This document shows, one piece after another, positions 52,292 through 64,000 of a stretch of 64,000 nt of DNA (its first letter is position 1; the number at the start of each line of letters is the position of its first letter). The translations under genes were made by a program, and so were the position numbers. Source of the stretch: Octopus vulgaris. Lineage: Eukaryota. Under the pieces are notes generated by a model. That model was not told the origin of the DNA. It saw only the letters and a program-made list of their open reading frames with translations, and did not search any database. The stretch lies in assembly GCA_951406725.2 (NCBI GenBank), contig OX597816.1, positions 81,902,001 through 81,966,000 on the forward strand, read 5' to 3'.

Positions 52292-53133
52292 CTAGCAGTA
52301 TCGCCTGGCGTTGCTCGGGTTTGTTTCGACCCGCTGGAATTGTAATTTTGAAAAGTAAAAATTTTGTGAACATTTTTCTGGTCGAAATACACCGAAAAGT
52401 GGCGACACAGCAGTGAAAAAATCGTAAAAAATAGGGATTTTCATAGAAAAAAGCATCTTTTTGATGTAAATAATTTTTGGTGTTAACATGGTCCGATTTG
52501 AATTTTATGTTCTACGGAAGGAAGAGCAACCCTTCTTCTACCATACTCTCAATTTTGGTCAACTTGCGCCGCAGGGTCTCGGAGGAGATAGTGTTAGTTG
52601 AAGGTTACCATTCTAGGTGCCTGAGTAACAACCTTGCAGATTTACAGATAAATGAATTAATTACTATTTTACAGAATAAAATTAAATAATTCTTGAAAAT
52701 TAATTAATATTAATATTTTTTGAACAAAGTAAATAATTTTTAAAACTTAAATAATAATTTTTTTTACACAAACGCGAACGGGGAAAAGGGGGTGGCGAAT
52801 TCGATTTACATACCTAAATTTTTTTCTTTTTCATGACATTGTAGCAAAATAGTAGTGAATTATATAAATACCAGCAGTACATTTTTTTTTCTGGAGTATT
52901 TTTTTTCAACCTCGTCACATATTTGCCCCTTTCAATTTAAACAAAGTCTTAATTAAGCAATTACGGCAGCTTAGCAATGGTTTCAATACAGGCGTGACAT
53001 GTGTATCTCAATTGTTCAAAACCCTTCGAATTTTTTCGCACGTGATGATATCATAGTGAAAACTTTCAATTACGCGCGCTTAGAAGTACGCTCGCAAATT
53101 AATACTACCAAAATTTTGAAGTTCGCGCTCCGC

Positions 53134-53166
<33 letters not shown>

Positions 53167-53528
53167 CTTTAGGTGTACGTAGGTATGTGTTTTTTTGTGT
53201 GTGTGTCACTGAAGCCATACATACATATATACATACATAACCTCTCTCTCTCTTTTCTCTCTCAGTCACTCACTACAAAAAGTGAATAAAAAAAGTTCAG
53301 TTATTTCTGTCTTTCACTCTGTCTGTCTCTTTACACACACTAACAAAAGCACTTCACTTACACACCACACTTTCTGTGTCGCACAACCCATCAAACACAC
53401 ACACACACACACACATGTACATCAATGCTTTCGGAGTGAAATGTTAAAATATTGAGTTTTCTCGAATTTTGTCTTAATTGGGGGTGAAATTGAAAGAAAT
53501 ATATTATGGCATGACCGAATGGAGTACT

Positions 53529-53601
<73 letters not shown>

Positions 53602-53840
53602 ACACACACAAAATATATCAGATGAATGGATTATCTGGCTGCTACAACTGTTTCATTAAGAGTTTGTATCATAATGTAAACATGCTGCAGTCAATTATGC
53701 AGTGACATATTGATTAATCAACTGATCATCAGTAGGTGAAATTTCTAATCAAGTGACATTTCTAAAAATTCTCCAAAATAAAAAATTTATGAGGGGTTAT
53801 ACGGGGTGCTTAAACCAGAATTCCACCTATGTATGTATGT
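52292..53840 (-). mobile_element. Non-autonomous Helitron (3' end at 52292; 5' limit uncertain)
   Basis: reverse complement of the same CCCGAGCAACGCCAGGCGATACTGCTAG terminus seen at 32774 and 34609. Confidence 0.6.
53529..53600. repeat. (GCTT)n microsatellite
   Basis: read directly from the sequence. Confidence 0.95.
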
Positions 53841-53984
53841 CTGTATGGGTGAACTGATCGCTGAATACGCAAACCAGGTGTAACACTCTACATCCATCAA
53901 GACCTAACAACAATCCGTTACAGCACTTACCTAGCATACCTAATTGTTTAGATCACCTGTGAACTAAACCACTATTTTGTATGA

Positions 53985-54021
<37 letters not shown>

Positions 54022-54079
54022 TGTTATATCTTGTCATTATTTCTTATTGTACACGCAATGTTATTTTGTCTAGTTCGAA

Positions 54080-54637
54080 GTGGAGTTAGAAAATAACAGA
54101 CGTGAACATAACATACTTGATAATAGAAATATTAGTAGCAAAAATATTAATTATAAAAATAATAATTTAAATCTTAGTAATACTAATATTAAAAATAATA
54201 ATTCTCCTAGTTGCAGTTGTAGAGTTAAATCCTGTTGTTCTTTATTAGGCCGATGTTTTACCCAGAATGTAATATATAAATGTACAATAATAACTACAAC
54301 TAATAATTATATATATATCGGTTGTTTGATTAATTTGAAATAGTATATATACAGTCCCATGTCGTCTTTTAAACTTAAACATAAGGCAAATTGTATGTTA
54401 TTATCTAGTAAGATTTGGGAATTGAAAGAAAGTGGAATTGGGTTTAGCCTCAAATGGGAAATAAAAAGAAAAGCTCAGCCCTATAGAAATAGCAGATATG
54501 GGTGTGAGCTTTGCTTTATGGAAACATATGACATTTTTAAGCATAAAGATAATGGCAACCTGATTAATAATCGACTAGACCTTAGGGTATCATGTGTACA
54601 TAGTGCCACCTGTACCTTTAAATATTTTAGAAAGTAG
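54080..54637 (+). pseudogene. Penelope-like element GIY-YIG endonuclease remnant
   Basis: CSCR..CSLLGRC..NVIYKC..YIYIG..SSF..LSSKIWELK..WEIK..PY..CELC..NLINNRLDL..CVH; one internal stop. Confidence 0.85.
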
Positions 54638-54894
54638 CACTTTATTGATCTTGTGATTTAAAACCTATAATGTACTTCTTGGTTTAAAATCAGTGTATAA
54701 TTAGCATGTCCTACAGTATTAATATCCCTTTAGTTACTACAGAGTATCAGTCATTACAGCTACAAGCTAAATAAGTAAATAAGCAATTTTTAGTTTTAAA
54801 TACTTGAATTATTATACAATTTCTATAAATCTTCTCTATTGATGTTACTAAGTTGGTACTTCATCATTATTTTTAGTGATTAAGCTATTTTATA

Positions 54895-55097
54895 ACTCTT
54901 TAACTCTTTACTCTTTTACTTGTTTCAGTCATTTGACTGTGGCCATGCTGGAGCACCGCCTTTAATCGAGCAACTCGACCCCGGGACTTATTCTTTGTAA
55001 GCCCAGTACTTATTCTATTGGTCTCTTTTTGCCGAACCACTAAGTGACGGGGACATAAACACACCAGCACCGATTGTCAAGCAATGCTAGGGGGACG

Positions 55098-55161
<64 letters not shown>

Positions 55162-55203
55162 ACTGTAGGACATGCTAATTATACACTGATTTTAAACCAA
55201 GAA

Positions 55204-55261
<58 letters not shown>

Positions 55262-55427
55262 CGACGGGCTTCTTTCAGTTTTCCGTTTACCAAATCCACT
55301 CACAAGGCTTTGGTCGACCCGAGGCTATAGTAGAAGACACTTGCCCAAGGTGTCATGCAGTGGGACTGAACCCGGAACCATGTGGTTGGTAAACAAGCTA
55401 CTTACCACACAGTCACTCCTGCACCTA
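54895..55427 (-). mobile_element. tRNA-derived SINE (family A) with an expanded internal (TA)n
   Basis: full head and tail, similar to 12188-12535. Confidence 0.88.
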
Positions 55428-56341
55428 TCCTTACATTTTCTATAAATCTTCTCTATTGTTACTAAGTTAGTACTAATTGGTACTTCATCATGATTTTTAG
55501 TGATTAAGCTATTTTATATCCTTTTCTATGGTGTTCTACCCTACCTGATCATTTTAATACTTTTTAATACTTTATAATTACCGTTAGATAAACCTAAATT
55601 TTTGTACCCCTATAAATTCATACTTAGCTTATATAAAACAATATGGGTATCTTCACAACTTAAAATTAAACTGCTTAGATTATTATTTAATCAATTTATA
55701 GTAAATTTGTTCTTTCACCTCAATGATTACCTTAAATTTTAACTTTATACAATATGGATATATTATCTAAAATAGTTTTAGTAATTAAGTCTTTTATCCC
55801 TTTCTTAAAGTGTTCAGTCCTCCTGATCTTAGTATTTATAATTAGCGTTATACAAGCAGCCCTTCTAATTAAGTACCCTCAAGAAACTGTAATATCATGT
55901 ATGGATTAACACTAATAACTTTTAAAATCTATATAATACCTCTTAATTTAATTTAGTATATAATTAGCATGTCCTTTTAACAGCAATTATTCCTTTAACC
56001 AATACTGGGTTTCAGTCTTGATTGAAATAAGCTAAATAAGTTAATTAACAATTTTTAGCTCTTAATATTTAAATTATTATACATTTTCTACAAATATTCT
56101 CTATTGAAGTTAATAAAGTATAGATATTTTATTATGGTTTTAGTGATTAGGCTATCTTTATTCCTTTTCTATGTTGCTCTACCCTAACTGATCATTTTAT
56201 TATTTTATAATAGTCTTTAATAAATCTAATCTTTGTATCCCTATTAATTCATACTTAGCTTATAAAAGACAATACTGGTATCTCTACAACTTAAAATAGT
56301 TCAATTTAATTAAATTAGTATATAGTTAACATGTTCTTTAA

Positions 56342-56562
56342 CCCTTTAGTGTTTAAACCGGCCATATCCGGCCAAAAGTATTCTGCCTGTTTTATGTTCA
56401 AACTGGCCAGATCTGGTCTCTCACACCAACCCTACAATATCGATTAAAAAATTAACAGCTACCTCATCAAAATCTCAAAGCTACAAGATAATGCCTGATT
56501 AGTTCAAGGCAATGTGGATAAAAAAGGATTAATTTTGACAGAATAATCCGAACACTAAAGGG
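56342..56562. mobile_element. piggyBac-type MITE
   Basis: TTAA TSDs; TIR CCCTTTAGTGTT; the neighbouring tandem unit near 57425 shows the empty site. Confidence 0.88.
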
Positions 56563-58249
56563 TTAACCTCAGTGTTCCGTTATTAAATACCAGTCAAATT
56601 GATCATTCTCCATAGATATCATCTAATAAGTTAATATTTAGATAAATAATAAGTGTAAGTATTAAACTATTTCTTTGTAATTTTCTTTTCCTCTCTCTAT
56701 CGTGGTAAAATTTGGTATATACTCAAAAGTATTCAAAGAAGGTTTATCCTCTTTGTTATAATATCATTCTTAATAATCTTCTTAATTACCCTAAATTTTA
56801 ACTTTATATAATAAGGCAATATTGTTTGAAATGATCTTTAGAAATTACTTGATTTATCCCTTTCTTAAAGAGCTCTACCCTCCTGATCTTAGTATTTATA
56901 AGGGCCTTTATATAAATAACCCTTCTAATTATGTACCCCAAAGAAACTATAAATGTCATGATTGGAGTAATAATAATTTCTTAAACCTATAATATAACCC
57001 TTAGTTTAAAAAAAAAATAGTGTAAAATTAGAATGTCCTATAACTTAAATATTCCTTTAGCTAATAACAGGTATCAGTCTTTTATTGATGCCAGCTAAAG
57101 AAGTAAATATATAATTTTTAATCTAATATATATTGAATTATTATACATTTTCTATATATCTTCTCTATTGTTGTTAATAAGCTACATATACTTTATCATG
57201 TTTTTAGTAATTAAGCTATTTTATTCCTTTTCTATAGTGGTCTGCCCTACCTGATTATTTTATTTCTTTATTATTTTATAATTAGCCTTTATTTATTTAT
57301 AAAATAAATCTAATTTTTACACATCTATAAATTCATACTTAGTTTATATAAAACAATACTGGTATATTCACTACTTATAATAAACTGCTTAGTTTATAAT
57401 TTAATTAATATATAGTCAGCATGTTCTTTTATCTCAGTACTCCTATATTAAATACCAGTATATACCAATTAATAAATATTCACAGATACCATCTGATGAG
57501 TTAGTATTTAAGTATATAATGTTTAAATATTAAACTATTTCTGGATAATTTCTTTTCTTCCCTCTATTATGGTAAAAGTTTGGTATATACTCAAAAGTAT
57601 TCAAAAATTTTTTATCCTTTTGATATAATATTCTTCTTAATAATCCTTTGATTAACTCTAAATTTTAATTGTATACAATATAGCAACAATGTTTAAAATA
57701 TTTAACTATAGTACTACAGGATAAGATTTCACCTGTTTCATTATTAAGGGTCTGCTAGTGGCTGCCCCCTTAATTGTCAGCTAATATCTTGATTTAAGTT
57801 TTCCTTTACCAAACCTCATGATATTGCTTCTAATAAATCTTGATTTTTATGACTATACCCACAATGATTTCTGTCCACTCCCTCAGCCCTACCCCTAATA
57901 GACACTGCCCCTTGTTCTCTCGACCTTAGATATTAAAGGATTTGTTAAAAATAGTCTGTCAATTAAAACTGACCCCATAAAAAACAGTGACAAGCAAAAA
58001 TCTGTAACAAGTCTTTCTTCATGATACCTTAGTAGCTTCTAAGCTGAAGGGAAGGCAGCATGTTCTTTGTCTATCTCCTTAACTTCTTGGAGATTTTTGG
58101 TAAAATTATACTAATGTGTCCATTTGTTTAATTTAATTAAATTCTATGTCTTTGTGCACCTGAAGATTGCTCTGTATTAAAATTGATGTAATGATTGCAT
58201 TGTTCAATTAAATAGAGTTGCTTGAAACGATTGTACTGCATTACCTCTG

Positions 58250-58265
58250 GATGTGTGTACATGTA

Positions 58266-58331
<66 letters not shown>

Positions 58332-58348
58332 TACATACATGTACACAC

Positions 58349-58406
<58 letters not shown>

Positions 58407-58945
58407 TTCTGCATCTGTATTAGGCGTTTTGTTCGTGTTTGGGTGTGTACTCATAAAACTAGTCTGTCGGGTGTGTACTCATAAAACTAGTCTGTCAATT
58501 AAAACTGACTCCATAAAAAACTTGTTGCTTATTTTGATTTTAATCACCTTATTTTGAAATTGTATGGATAATACCGTACTAAATTCTGGTGCCTCATTAT
58601 TATCAAAGGAATTCCAACTCTACATACATACATACATGTACACACGCTCACACACACACACACACGCACACATTTCTGCATCTGTATTAGGCGTTTTGTT
58701 CGTGTTTGGGTGTGTACTCATAAAACTAGTCTGTCGGGTGTGTACTCATAAAACTAGTCTGTCGGGTGTGTACTCATAAAACTAGTCTGTCGGGTGTGTA
58801 CTCATAAAACTAGTCTGTCAATTAAAACTGACTCCATAAAAAACTTGTTGCTTATTTTGATTTTAATCACCTTATTTTGAAATTGTATGGATAATACCGT
58901 ACTAAATTCTGGTGCCTCATTATTATCAAAGGAATTCCAACTCTA
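58250..58945 (+). repeat. Local duplications with a 28-bp tandem unit
   Basis: GGGTGTGTACTCATAAAACTAGTCTGTC occurs x2 then x4; the following ~130 bp is also duplicated. Confidence 0.85.
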
Positions 58946-59381
58946 TTTTTTATGTTTTATCTATATTCTTTATAATATTAATGTAGAATATAGAATATAT
59001 AGTATAAACAGTATATATAGTAAAATGAAATGAAGTATTGATTGTCTTATTGAATAGATGAAATATTGAATATCAAATATTAAGGGACTAGTATACTTTC
59101 TGGCATTTAAGCAGTCTTCAAGGTCCCAGGTTGTGACAGGAATGTTTCAACTGTAGTTGGCTGGCTGTCTTTTGTTCTTTATACACATTTATACACACAC
59201 GCGCGCACACGCACACAAACACACGCACTCGCGTGCGCACATACACACATATACACATACACACATATATGTATACACGAATATGCACATTATTTTAATA
59301 TATATATATAATATGAAAGAATATTATTCCAAACTTACAGGGAAAAATTCAATTTAGAAATACTAAATCAAATTTCACAAA

Positions 59382-59426
<45 letters not shown>

Positions 59427-59436
59427 TAGAAAAAAA

Positions 59437-59716
59437 ATTGAGGTATGGTCCTGGTTGTTCAAGGACTTATGCAGAAATCCTTCAACTCACATGCATATGG
59501 GCATCACACATACCCTTAATATCACATAATATAAACTTATGAATCCACAACCTCATGAGTTTATAATCTCGTAAACCAAGTTTGACGTCAAAATATATGA
59601 AAAATATGTGAAACTCCACAGTTATGAGTACACACCCAAATACGAACAAAATGCCTAATGCAGATACAGAAATGTGTGTGTGTGAGCGTGTGTACATGTA
59701 TGTATGTATGTGCGTG

Positions 59717-59766
<50 letters not shown>

Positions 59767-60032
59767 TACATACATGTACACACACTCACACACACATTTC
59801 TGCATCTATATTAGGCGTTTTGTTCGTATTTGGGTGTGTACTCATAACTGTGGAGTTTCACATATTTTTCATATATTTTGACGTCAAACTTGGTTTACGA
59901 GATTATAAACTCATGAGGTTGTGGATTCATAAGTTTATATTATGTGATATTAAGAGTATGTATGATGCCCATATGCATGTGAGTTGAGGGATCTCTGCAT
60001 AAGTCCTTGAACAACCAGGGCTATACCTCAAT
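59437..60032. repeat. About 600-bp imperfect palindrome centred on (TA)n
   Basis: ATTGAGGTATGGTCCTGGTTGTTCAAGG...CCTTGAACAACCAGGGCTATACCTCAAT. Confidence 0.9.
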
Positions 60033-60235
60033 GGCAGTAGACGATGCAAACTTTGCCTGGTTGAGAGGGCAAGGATCCTAAAAATTTCGCTCGACCCATA
60101 GGCCTTCTTGAATTCCAAAAGCGAGATATTTTGTAAGTGCTCTCGTGAGAGAAAATTCAGGTTGAAGACATGGAATTTCTCGCTAGCTGACGAGTGAACG
60201 GACACAGCAGGAATCGATCAAAAGGAGAATTCCAT
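60005..60235 (+). mobile_element. Penelope-like endonuclease C-terminus with a downstream degenerate hammerhead
   Basis: YLNGSRRCKLCLVERARIL...FLNSKSEIFCKCSRERKF, then CTGACGA...GGAA TCGA TC at 60187-60219. Confidence 0.65.
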
Positions 60236-60435
60236 TTCTTTCACAAGATTTTCATTTCGAAGAATTTCGTTTCAGGTTTCTTTCTACACAATTTTGCCGA
60301 CCAAATCTGCATTCTTACCTCCATTATGAAAAAGGTTATGTACACCAGCAGGTCTGACAACCTGCCTGTATTGTCAAGAGCAATAATAGACTTGAAAACA
60401 ACAGTAAAAGGACCGACCATAACTAATGATTCTTT

Positions 60436-60505
<70 letters not shown>

Positions 60506-61989
60506 ACACACACTCATACACCTCGTATATCTAGCCCTTTCTATGATAAGTATTGTCTTAAAAATTTTAATTAGGTGCATCGTGTGTTTATCCTCTCTCT
60601 TTCGCTCCATTTTTTTGTTCTCTTTTTCTCTCTTCTCCGTTATTTTCATTCACATTTCGACCACGTTTAAGTCATATGTTCAAGAGATTGCATCAAGACA
60701 TCTGTGTAAAGGATTGTATCTGATCTCTTTTTAAGCCGTACACTTTACTACTCCTTTTTCTCTTCTGTTAGCCAATACTCCCTCACATTTCCACTTCAGA
60801 TGTTACCAACGTAACATTGTCCACCTCACTCACTATCCATATTCTTTCTCCCCTCCACCACTCTCTCATTATAATTACTCTATTTATTTCATCATAATTT
60901 GCTCCCTTCACCTTTCCTTTTCGTTTTTCTGTCATTGCTCTCCTATTCATCTTCTCAGTCATGTTACGCGTGACCAAACGAACACGCAATAAGGACTCTT
61001 AAACCTTACGGGGTACAAGGCAACTCCACTATTACTGGTAACGCAATAAAGTACCCTCTGTAAAGTAGATATAGCAAAGGATCAAGAGAACCCTTCGTCT
61101 TGCTTAACCCCTAGCACTCATAACATAAATGTTGAGAATTAAAACGTGCTCTGTCAACTTTTCTTAGACTGGGTCATCAAGGTGTAGAAGTTGTCAGAGC
61201 TAATTTTTTTTATTGTACTCCGTATTCTCCATTAACCTTTAAAATATATCCTACGTATACCCTGGAATTTCTGTGTGTACATCCAACGATGAATGCAAAG
61301 TTTTGCTGATCACGCCTGATAACCATAAGCGGTGAGCGTGCCCTGGAGATACACTACTTGGGGCTTACCCTGAAACAAGGTTTGGATACTGCATTTAACT
61401 CCTACTTTCTAAACCTTAATTCTTTGACTTGAAATTCGACTTATATATGCTTCTATAGCCCGGAACAGACTAATGCCTAATGAGTGAATTTGGTAGATGG
61501 AAACTGTGTAGAAGCCTGTTATATTTGTATGTGTGTGTAAATCTTAGTATTTGTGTTTATCCCCTAGCGTTGGTTTCTTTACGTCTTCGTAATTTAGCAG
61601 TTCGGTAAAAGCGACCCAAAAGAATTGGTACCATACTTAAAATCAGTAGTGGCGTCTACCCTTTTTCGACCAGCCTTACAAAGCGGTGCACCAGCATGAC
61701 TGCAGTCCAATGACTGAAACAAGTAAAACAATAAATAAATAAATAAATAATAAAGAAAACACGAGGTGTTTGTTTAGGGGGATTGGCTTTAAGGGACTAC
61801 GTGGTGACATTTTTGTTGGTTTTATGAGAGTGTGAGCACGGCAGGTTTTGATGTACTGTGCCTATTTATTCTAAATTATACAAACACTTCTAATCTATGA
61901 AATATATTTGTTTTATCATTAAAATATATATTTACTCTTCCACTAATATCTATTCCCTATAATTTTTTTCCAGAATAATACAAAAGAAG

Positions 61990-64000
61990 ATGGAAGCAGG
62001 TGTTTGTTTAAAAATCCAGCTACTTTGCAGTTTATTAAGCACTTGCTTTTTCAAACTCATTCTTTCAAATCAAATTGAAAATAATACTTTTCTGTGTATA
62101 TATGATGTTAGAAAACTGTCTGAAACCAGACTTTTTAGTATCGATGGAAAACTCCTGGAGACAACAGCTCGCGCATTCGTTCATATCAATACAACTTCCT
62201 CAGAAAACGAATGTGTGATTGAATTAAAACATTTAAATATACCACGTATCAAAATCCGTATTTTGATCTATTTCTTTTTGTGTTCTGATGAGCTGACTGT
62301 TAGGCTGGACACGACGGATGTTGAGACCATGCCACGCAATATTTTATATTTACAAATTCAAAGTTGCTTAATGTCCCAAGAAGATGTTGGTAAACTAGAA
62401 AGTCTTTATGATTTGCGTGTGTTAACTTATTTTAAGACTATACCATCATCTGCTATATGGTCCGGGAATAACGAAACTGACAATGTAAAGGGTATTGATA
62501 ATGTTGTTTCATACAATATACAGGCGGACAGAAATTACTCTTCCACTTTACCATGGGTATTAACAGCGAACAGAACTTATCCCACTATAGCAGAACTTTC
62601 TCTCAGCGGTATCGGCTTAACCGAATTTCCTGATGAAATGCGGATTAGATTTCCAAATTTGCAATCACTAGAAATTCCCAATAATAAACTTATTGAAATT
62701 CCCAAGTTTCCATATACTGAGGAGACTTACAAACTTCCACTCGGGCTTTCTAGAACGCCATATATGCAAAACCATTATGCAGAAGTTTTCGGAATTAAAG
62801 TGAAACCAAACTACTTCAGAAGAATATTAAATTTGAACGGCAACCAAATTACAAATCTATCCGATAACTGCACTGGTGGATTTTTACAAGTGCTATTCCT
62901 GGAAAAAAATGGTGTAGTTAATATATCTGACCATGCTCTTTCAAGTATTTACGGTTTAGATACACTTACCCTGGAGAATAACTTACTTATACAGATCGGG
63001 GAAAAGCAATTCAGCTATTGCAAAGATCTTCAAAGTTTGAATCTAAAATTTAACAAAATTTCCTGGATTCATTCAAGAGCTTTCAGACATAATAAAAATC
63101 TTTTGAAATTGGATTTATCCAATAACAAGCTTGTTTCATTGGAGGAAGGAATATTTACAGCATTAGATAATATGAAAACACTGAATTTGGAATATAATCA
63201 GATTCAAAACCTTTCTTGCAAGAGTCTACCGCTGTCTTCTATTAAGTTAGAGGAAATAAATTTACGCAACAATACTCTTGGAACCTTACCTATATGTTTC
63301 TTTTTGATACGCACGTTGAAACAAATCGATCTAAGTTTTAACCAGATAGCGATAGGAAAAGTATCAACTCTACTTGGGTTGATTAATTCATCAGAGCTCA
63401 TTCACAGTATTGTCTATTCAGCAAGTTCATCAGTTGATTTATACCGAAAGCCGAAAGAACGGCGGTTAATTGATCTCTCTTATAATCAAATCCACCGATT
63501 AGATTTCAGTAATTTCACTGAATCTAACCATCGTACCATGGTGCTAATTTTATTAAATTTTGAATTTCGTTTCACAGGTAATTTAATTGAATGTGATTGT
63601 CATTTGCTTCCACTTTTAGACTTCTTCATTACTCACAGAGAAAAGCATTATTTTGATGGAAGTGAATATTTTTACCATAAATGGAAATGTGATTCGCCAA
63701 GCGAATTTAAAAATACACCTATTCTATCTCTTAAAAAAGAACAGCTTTACTGCTCTGAAGCGATGCTTCATTGTCCGACGAATTGCATGTGTTACCGTCG
63801 TTTAGTACAGAAAACAGTTATTGTTGATTGCAGACATAGAAAAATTACTGTCTTTCCTCTTACTATGCCAGACGGTAAACTTGAAGTATGGCTTCAGTTT
63901 AATAACATTACTAAACTTGTTAACAGGCCGTATCTATCTCAGATTACACATCTTAATCTTACGAAAAACAGTATTACTTCATTGAATCATACTGTGATGA
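61990..64000 (+). CDS. Toll-like receptor / LRR receptor ectodomain, multi-cysteine-cluster (protostome Toll) type; 3' end outside the window
   Basis: ATG at 61990 just after a ttttttttccag acceptor; reads open to the window end; hydrophobic N-terminus; tandem LRRs (LQSLNLKFNKI, LLKLDLSNNKL, MKTLNLEYNQI); LRRCT GNLIECDC..WKCDSP..LYC followed by LRRNT CPTNCMC..VDCR and further LRRs. TM and TIR domains not seen. Confidence 0.88.
   Translation, partial: MEAGVCLKIQLLCSLLSTCFFKLILSNQIENNTFLCIYDVRKLSETRLFSIDGKLLETTARAFVHINTTSSENECVIELKHLNIPRIKIRILIYFFLCSDELTVRLDTTDVETMPRNILYLQIQSCLMSQEDVGKLESLYDLRVLTYFKTIPSSAIWSGNNETDNVKGIDNVVSYNIQADRNYSSTLPWVLTANRTYPTIAELSLSGIGLTEFPDEMRIRFPNLQSLEIPNNKLIEIPKFPYTEETYKLPLGLSRTPYMQNHYAEVFGIKVKPNYFRRILNLNGNQITNLSDNCTGGFLQVLFLEKNGVVNISDHALSSIYGLDTLTLENNLLIQIGEKQFSYCKDLQSLNLKFNKISWIHSRAFRHNKNLLKLDLSNNKLVSLEEGIFTALDNMKTLNLEYNQIQNLSCKSLPLSSIKLEEINLRNNTLGTLPICFFLIRTLKQIDLSFNQIAIGKVSTLLGLINSSELIHSIVYSASSSVDLYRKPKERRLIDLSYNQIHRLDFSNFTESNHRTMVLILLNFEFRFTGNLIECDCHLLPLLDFFITHREKHYFDGSEYFYHKWKCDSPSEFKNTPILSLKKEQLYCSEAMLHCPTNCMCYRRLVQKTVIVDCRHRKITVFPLTMPDGKLEVWLQFNNITKLVNRPYLSQITHLNLTKNSITSLNHTVM

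Larger units (their letters stand above)
54640..57700 (+). repeat. About three diverged tandem AT-rich units (0.65-0.85 kb) downstream of the PLE endonuclease, interrupted by a SINE and a MITE
   Basis: shared blocks start near 54661, 55925 and 56985 (..taattagcatgtcc..tcagtc..aagctaaa..gattaagctatttt). Confidence 0.7.

Noticed and set aside
58441-58820. 28-bp repeats of CRISPR-like length
   Set aside because: Directly adjacent with no spacers, no cas genes, eukaryotic context.
62285-62291. CTGATGA matches here and near 14626
   Set aside because: No stem II, GAAA or stem I context; the first lies in coding sequence.
63204-63401. Minus-strand 65-aa ORF
   Set aside because: Antisense to the LRR receptor reading frame.

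Overview
AT-rich, microsatellite-dense animal genomic DNA. The SINE, RTE and Penelope content and the intron sizes suggest a coleoid cephalopod, probably Octopus (inference). Two host genes are visible: the last five coding exons of GEMIN2 (+, 2849-22119) and the 5' 2 kb of a multi-cysteine-cluster Toll-like/LRR receptor (+, from 61990, running off the window). The rest is mostly mobile DNA: a complete but mutated 4.25-kb Gypsy-type LTR retrotransposon (41792-46037, -) with TSD and a -1 frameshift slippery site plus pseudoknot; RTE LINE remnants; tRNA-SINEs; mariner, hAT, Merlin and piggyBac-type MITEs; non-autonomous Helitrons including a head-to-tail composite dimer; and Penelope-like GIY-YIG remnants. 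The most striking signal is about ten minimal hammerhead-ribozyme motifs with palindromic stem III. Their cores show all three Watson-Crick versions of the 3-8 pair (C3-G8, U3-A8, G3-C8), and many sit inside fold-back elements, one of them with a tRNA-like Pol III head. There is also a pair of long hairpins whose arms co-vary. All calls were made by eye; no database searches or folding programs were run.
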